Source of the DNA: Selaginella moellendorffii
Lineage: Eukaryota; Plantae; Lycopodiophyta
Assembly (NCBI RefSeq): GCF_000143415.4
Contig: NW_003314272.1
Location: forward strand, 2,691,728-2,755,727
Direction of reading: 5' to 3'
DNA length: 64,000 bases
Each line of letters opens with the position of its first letter. Position 1 is the first letter of the stretch. The position numbers and the translations under genes are program-made. Below the pieces are notes generated by a model, which saw only the letters and a list, made by a program, of their open reading frames with translations, had not been told where the DNA came from and searched no databases. Below, in pieces: positions 60,543-64,000 of the stretch.

Positions 60543-62018
60543 TATAAGCCACAAAGTTTTTCCTTTCCAACTTGCCAACTTACCTCGTCTATCCGACCAA
60601 CACTGCCTTAGCTTTAACTAAGTTCCCTTACCAAGGTTCCCGCATATGGTACCAGCTGCTACTTGGTCCTACTTGGTTTCAGCTACTCACTGCATGAGTA
60701 ACGGAGTGTTAGCCATCCATCCACGGATTCCCAAATCTCTCCCAATCCCCCTCCCCAGGTTAGACTGGACTTAAGGTTCGGCTACACTCCCCGCAAGCAC
60801 GAGTAGCCAAGCACATCAAGCCTCCAGGTTTTTAACATCCCTTGGTACCACAAGACTTAATCATGGGACCCTCTAAATCCCAAGTCTTGGGTGCAACACA
60901 TGCTTTGGGACGCTGGGGCAAAACACCATGGCCTAATGGCCCAGTATGGGTACCTCTACCCCCCCCACTTCCATCCCCAAGGGAAGGCCCAAGCCCCTAG
61001 GAAGGGCGAGGACTAATGAGCCGCAAGGTACTCAAGTGGGGCACCACTTCACATGAGCCGGGAGCACCATAATCAGTTTCCCTTTCGGGAGTGAGAGCTG
61101 CTCTTGAGCACTTCCTTGGGTGGCCCATCTAGCACCACCCAAGTCTATGCTCACTCCCACCCAAGGCCCTTCGGCCCCAGTTTCAACCTCAAGTTAGTTT
61201 GGAAGCACCACTGGAAAATTCTTTCAAGACTAGTTCCTAAACCTCACTATCCTTACTATACTTTTGGAACCTCCTGCAGCCCCCCCCCCCTTGGGAGACG
61301 TACGCTTTGGGCTTTCACCCCTTGACCTATATTAGTACTCGGACTCGGACTCGATCTCAGACCCGACTTCGGACTCGGTCTTGGACTCGATCTCGGACCC
61401 AATTTCAGACTCAACTTCAGACTCGACCTTGGACTCGGTCTCGGACCCGATCTCGCATCTCGGACTCTGTCTCGAACTCGGTCTCCTAGTCGGCCTCCGA
61501 CTTGATCTCAGACTCTATCTTGAACTCGGTCTCAGAATCGATCTTGGACTTGATCTCAGACTCGGTCCCATCCGATGAACTCTTTATCATTTCGGTCATG
61601 CTTTTGAGGATCCTTTAGCCTACGACACCTCGAGGAGTTGGTTCCTTACAACTCCACCACCTATAGAAGAAGTTCGATGCCCACATCGAACGTCTCCTTT
61701 TATCCTACGACTTGTTGATCATGTCTCCGAGGGCATCCCCCCATTTAGCAGTGTGCCTAAGTTAACCTCCCCGGCCAAGAGCCCATGACAATGGAATATA
61801 GGTGTCCCTATACCCCTCACCCCACCACGCCCTAGCATGAGGTTGGGACTTGAACCCAGCCTTGCTTTATTAAGGGGTTGGGACTTGAACCCAACCTTCC
61901 TAGAATATGTTTACGGATTTGACATCCCCGCAGGGAGTCGGGCATACTTCTCTACGCCTGGTCGACCTAGCTAACCCATGCTAATTAACTTACCTTCGGC
62001 GTGCTTTCAGGTCCCAAC
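60543..62018 (-). mobile_element. 3' end of retrotransposon B (same family as A, opposite strand): 3' LTR 61650-60543, PPT ~61652-61662, 3' internal region
   Basis: Reverse complement of LTR A over >1 kb, starting TGTAAGGAACC and preceded by purine-rich AGGTGGTGGAG. It interrupts the gag of A. Confidence 0.85.
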
Positions 62019-62476
62019 TGTCAGGAATCCCCCAATTCTTGCCACATTCCTGACTCTCGCCGGATTCCTGACCTGCAGACCACATTCCTGACTCTCGAGA
62101 CACTTCTCTATTCTTGACTCTCGAGACACTTCCCGATTCCTGAGTCTCGAGCCACATTCCTGATGATGATGTGGCGCCTCCTCGACCTCAGCTGTATTTA
62201 GGCTGTCCTCGATCCAAGAGTGGTGGAGCTTCATCAACCTATAGTATATATAGGTTAGCCTTGTTCCATTTCTCCACAATCTGAATCAACACCAGTCTAA
62301 GGCCTCTTCTTTGTTTTCACTAGCTTTTTCTCTTTGTCTTTAGCATTTTCCAGTCTTGATCTTGTTGGGGGTCTTGACAGTTTGATTCAGATTGTGTTTT
62401 TTGCTTTTCTTTTAGCTTGTTTTGATTATTTGATTGCCTTTGTCTTTTCCCCCCTTTCTTTTCTTTCTTCTTGCCA

Positions 62477-63448
62477 ATGGAGTCTCCAAGCCATCCTGAT
62501 TTCTTTGCCGAAGTCCTTGCAAAAATCCAGTCTGAGAATACCGAGCTGAAGGCGACCCTTCTTCGCATGCAGCAGGAGCTTGCTTCACTTTCCGCTCAAG
62601 GATCCAGCAAAGTTCCTGAACCGAAGGTGAGTTTCCCGGCGAAATTTTCAGGCAAGCGTTCGGAGCTTCGTGGATTTTTGAATCAAATGGAGCTGATCTT
62701 TGCACTTCAACATCGGCGGTACCCCACTCCCGAGTCTCAAATCGGCGCGATTGGGACGTTGCTCGAGGGTGCAGCTTTGTCATGGTTTTCTCCTCTTCTG
62801 GAGAAGAGCATGAAAGGGGTCGTGGTTCCGGAGCTGATGGATCTTCAATTGTTCAAAGAGAAGCTCGAAGCATGTTTTGGCGAGACGGATCGGGTTCGGG
62901 CTGCTACCACAAAGATGAGACGTCTCTCTCAGGGGTCTCGTCCTGCCTCGATCTACGCTGCAGAGTTCCAACTCCTTGCCTTGGACACTCAGTGGGATGA
63001 GCGGGCCCTGATTGACCAATTTCGTTTCGGCCTCAACAACGGTGTCAAGGATTTGTTGCTCACCATGGAGGATCCCAAGGACCTGTCGGACGCCATCAAC
63101 AAAGCTGTTCGATGTGACAATCGTCTCTTTGAACGTCGTCAGGAAAGTCGCCGCGCAGCTGTTTTTCCGTCCCAGACTCAGGAATCCCAGCTTGAGTCTT
63201 CGGGGCATAGTCCTGAACCTACTGCTCCGGTCCCGATGGATATTTCTGGTACTCCCCGACTCATTAGAGGGAAGTTGAGTCCTGCTGAGAGGCAACGTCG
63301 AATATCTCATAATCTTTGCCTCTACTGTGCTGATCCTAATCACAAAGCAGCTGTGTGTCCCAGGAAGCCTCCCCGATTGCTCGAGTTCACTCTACCTCAA
63401 AGTCCACCACTGTTGCAGTCGGGAAACGACCCTGTCCAAACAGAGTAG
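62477..63448 (+). CDS. gag: Retrotransposon Gag (PEG10/sushi-like capsid plus CX2CX4HX4C zinc knuckle)
   Basis: PAKFSGKRSELRGFLNQMELIF, LSQGSRPASIYAAEF, QFRFGLNNGVKD, PVPMDI and CLYCADPNHKAAVC. Confidence 0.9.
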   Translation: MESPSHPDFFAEVLAKIQSENTELKATLLRMQQELASLSAQGSSKVPEPKVSFPAKFSGKRSELRGFLNQMELIFALQHRRYPTPESQIGAIGTLLEGAALSWFSPLLEKSMKGVVVPELMDLQLFKEKLEACFGETDRVRAATTKMRRLSQGSRPASIYAAEFQLLALDTQWDERALIDQFRFGLNNGVKDLLLTMEDPKDLSDAINKAVRCDNRLFERRQESRRAAVFPSQTQESQLESSGHSPEPTAPVPMDISGTPRLIRGKLSPAERQRRISHNLCLYCADPNHKAAVCPRKPPRLLEFTLPQSPPLLQSGNDPVQTE

Positions 63449-64000
63449 GAGCTGTCTGTTTGGACTCCCCAAATAAAAATCACTTTTCTTCCTTATCAAG
63501 CTCCTCACCACCTTTCATCAAAGCCACCACCAATTCCCGCAACTTCCGCGTCCCATGTCTCCTTTCTTTCACCGAACAATCAGGACTCAAGGCTTTGGCG
63601 CTACTGGACTCGGGTGCAACTTCCTGCTTCATGGACACGGACTTTGCTGCCCGACATCACGTTCCTCTTTCTCCTACCATACGGGATCTGAGGGTTGAAG
63701 GCATCGGCGGGCATTTTGTGTCTCCATCTTCTGGACTTAGGGAAACGTTGCCCGTTCGAGTACACATCGGGTCCACCGTCACCGATATCGCCTTCAACAT
63801 CATCAACAGCAAGTCTTCCTCTGTGGTGCTCGGTCTTCCTTGGTTCCAACTACATCAGCCTTAGATTTGTTGGAAGGACTTACAGCTCATCTCTCCCACA
63901 TCACCATCTCCCACGGCTTCCCCTGGTGTTCATCGAGTCCGAATCAGGAAAAGTTCCCTAAACTCAAGTCGGGGTTCTGTTCCTGACTCTACACAGTTTT
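63421..64000 (+). pseudogene. pol: pol (protease region) in the -1 frame, with in-frame TAG at 63862-63864
   Basis: ALLDSGATSCFMD and VVLGLPWFQLHQP*ICW. The frame stays open after the stop to the window end. Confidence 0.75.

Larger units (their letters stand above)
62019..64000 (+). mobile_element. Ty3/gypsy retrotransposon C, Tf1/sushi (Tcn1-like) type: 5' LTR 62019-62379, gag, start of pol (runs off window)
   Basis: 361-bp LTR TGTCA...TGACA, gag with CCHC knuckle and aspartic protease motif. Confidence 0.92.

Overview
Eukaryotic land-plant nuclear DNA. It is very compact, with introns mostly 50-110 nt and intergenic gaps often under 200 bp. The combination of a flagellar gene (DRC11/IQCA1-like), a plastid peptidoglycan gene (MurA), PLS-type PPRs and tiny introns points to a lycophyte, most likely Selaginella (inference). 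A gene-dense island (about 1.1-54.5 kb) holds 23 protein genes, an intron-containing tRNA-Met and a MIR166 hairpin. It is flanked by AT-rich transposon debris and, on the right, by three nested Ty3/gypsy LTR retrotransposons. Most notable findings: (i) a triple C2H2 zinc-finger protein fused to a PARP-like ADP-ribosyltransferase domain with an intact H-Y-E triad; (ii) a Tf1/sushi-type retrotransposon with a tRNA-independent self-priming signal (PBS complementary to its own predicted transcript start) and a PEG10-type G_GGA_AAC -1 frameshift site with an 11-bp stem; (iii) a PEPCK-fold pseudoenzyme candidate with a mitochondrial-type presequence; (iv) unusual splicing, namely a U12 intron splitting an IQ motif, a possible GA-AG intron and several GC donors. 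Exon boundaries were read by eye and family assignments come from recalled motifs, not database searches.
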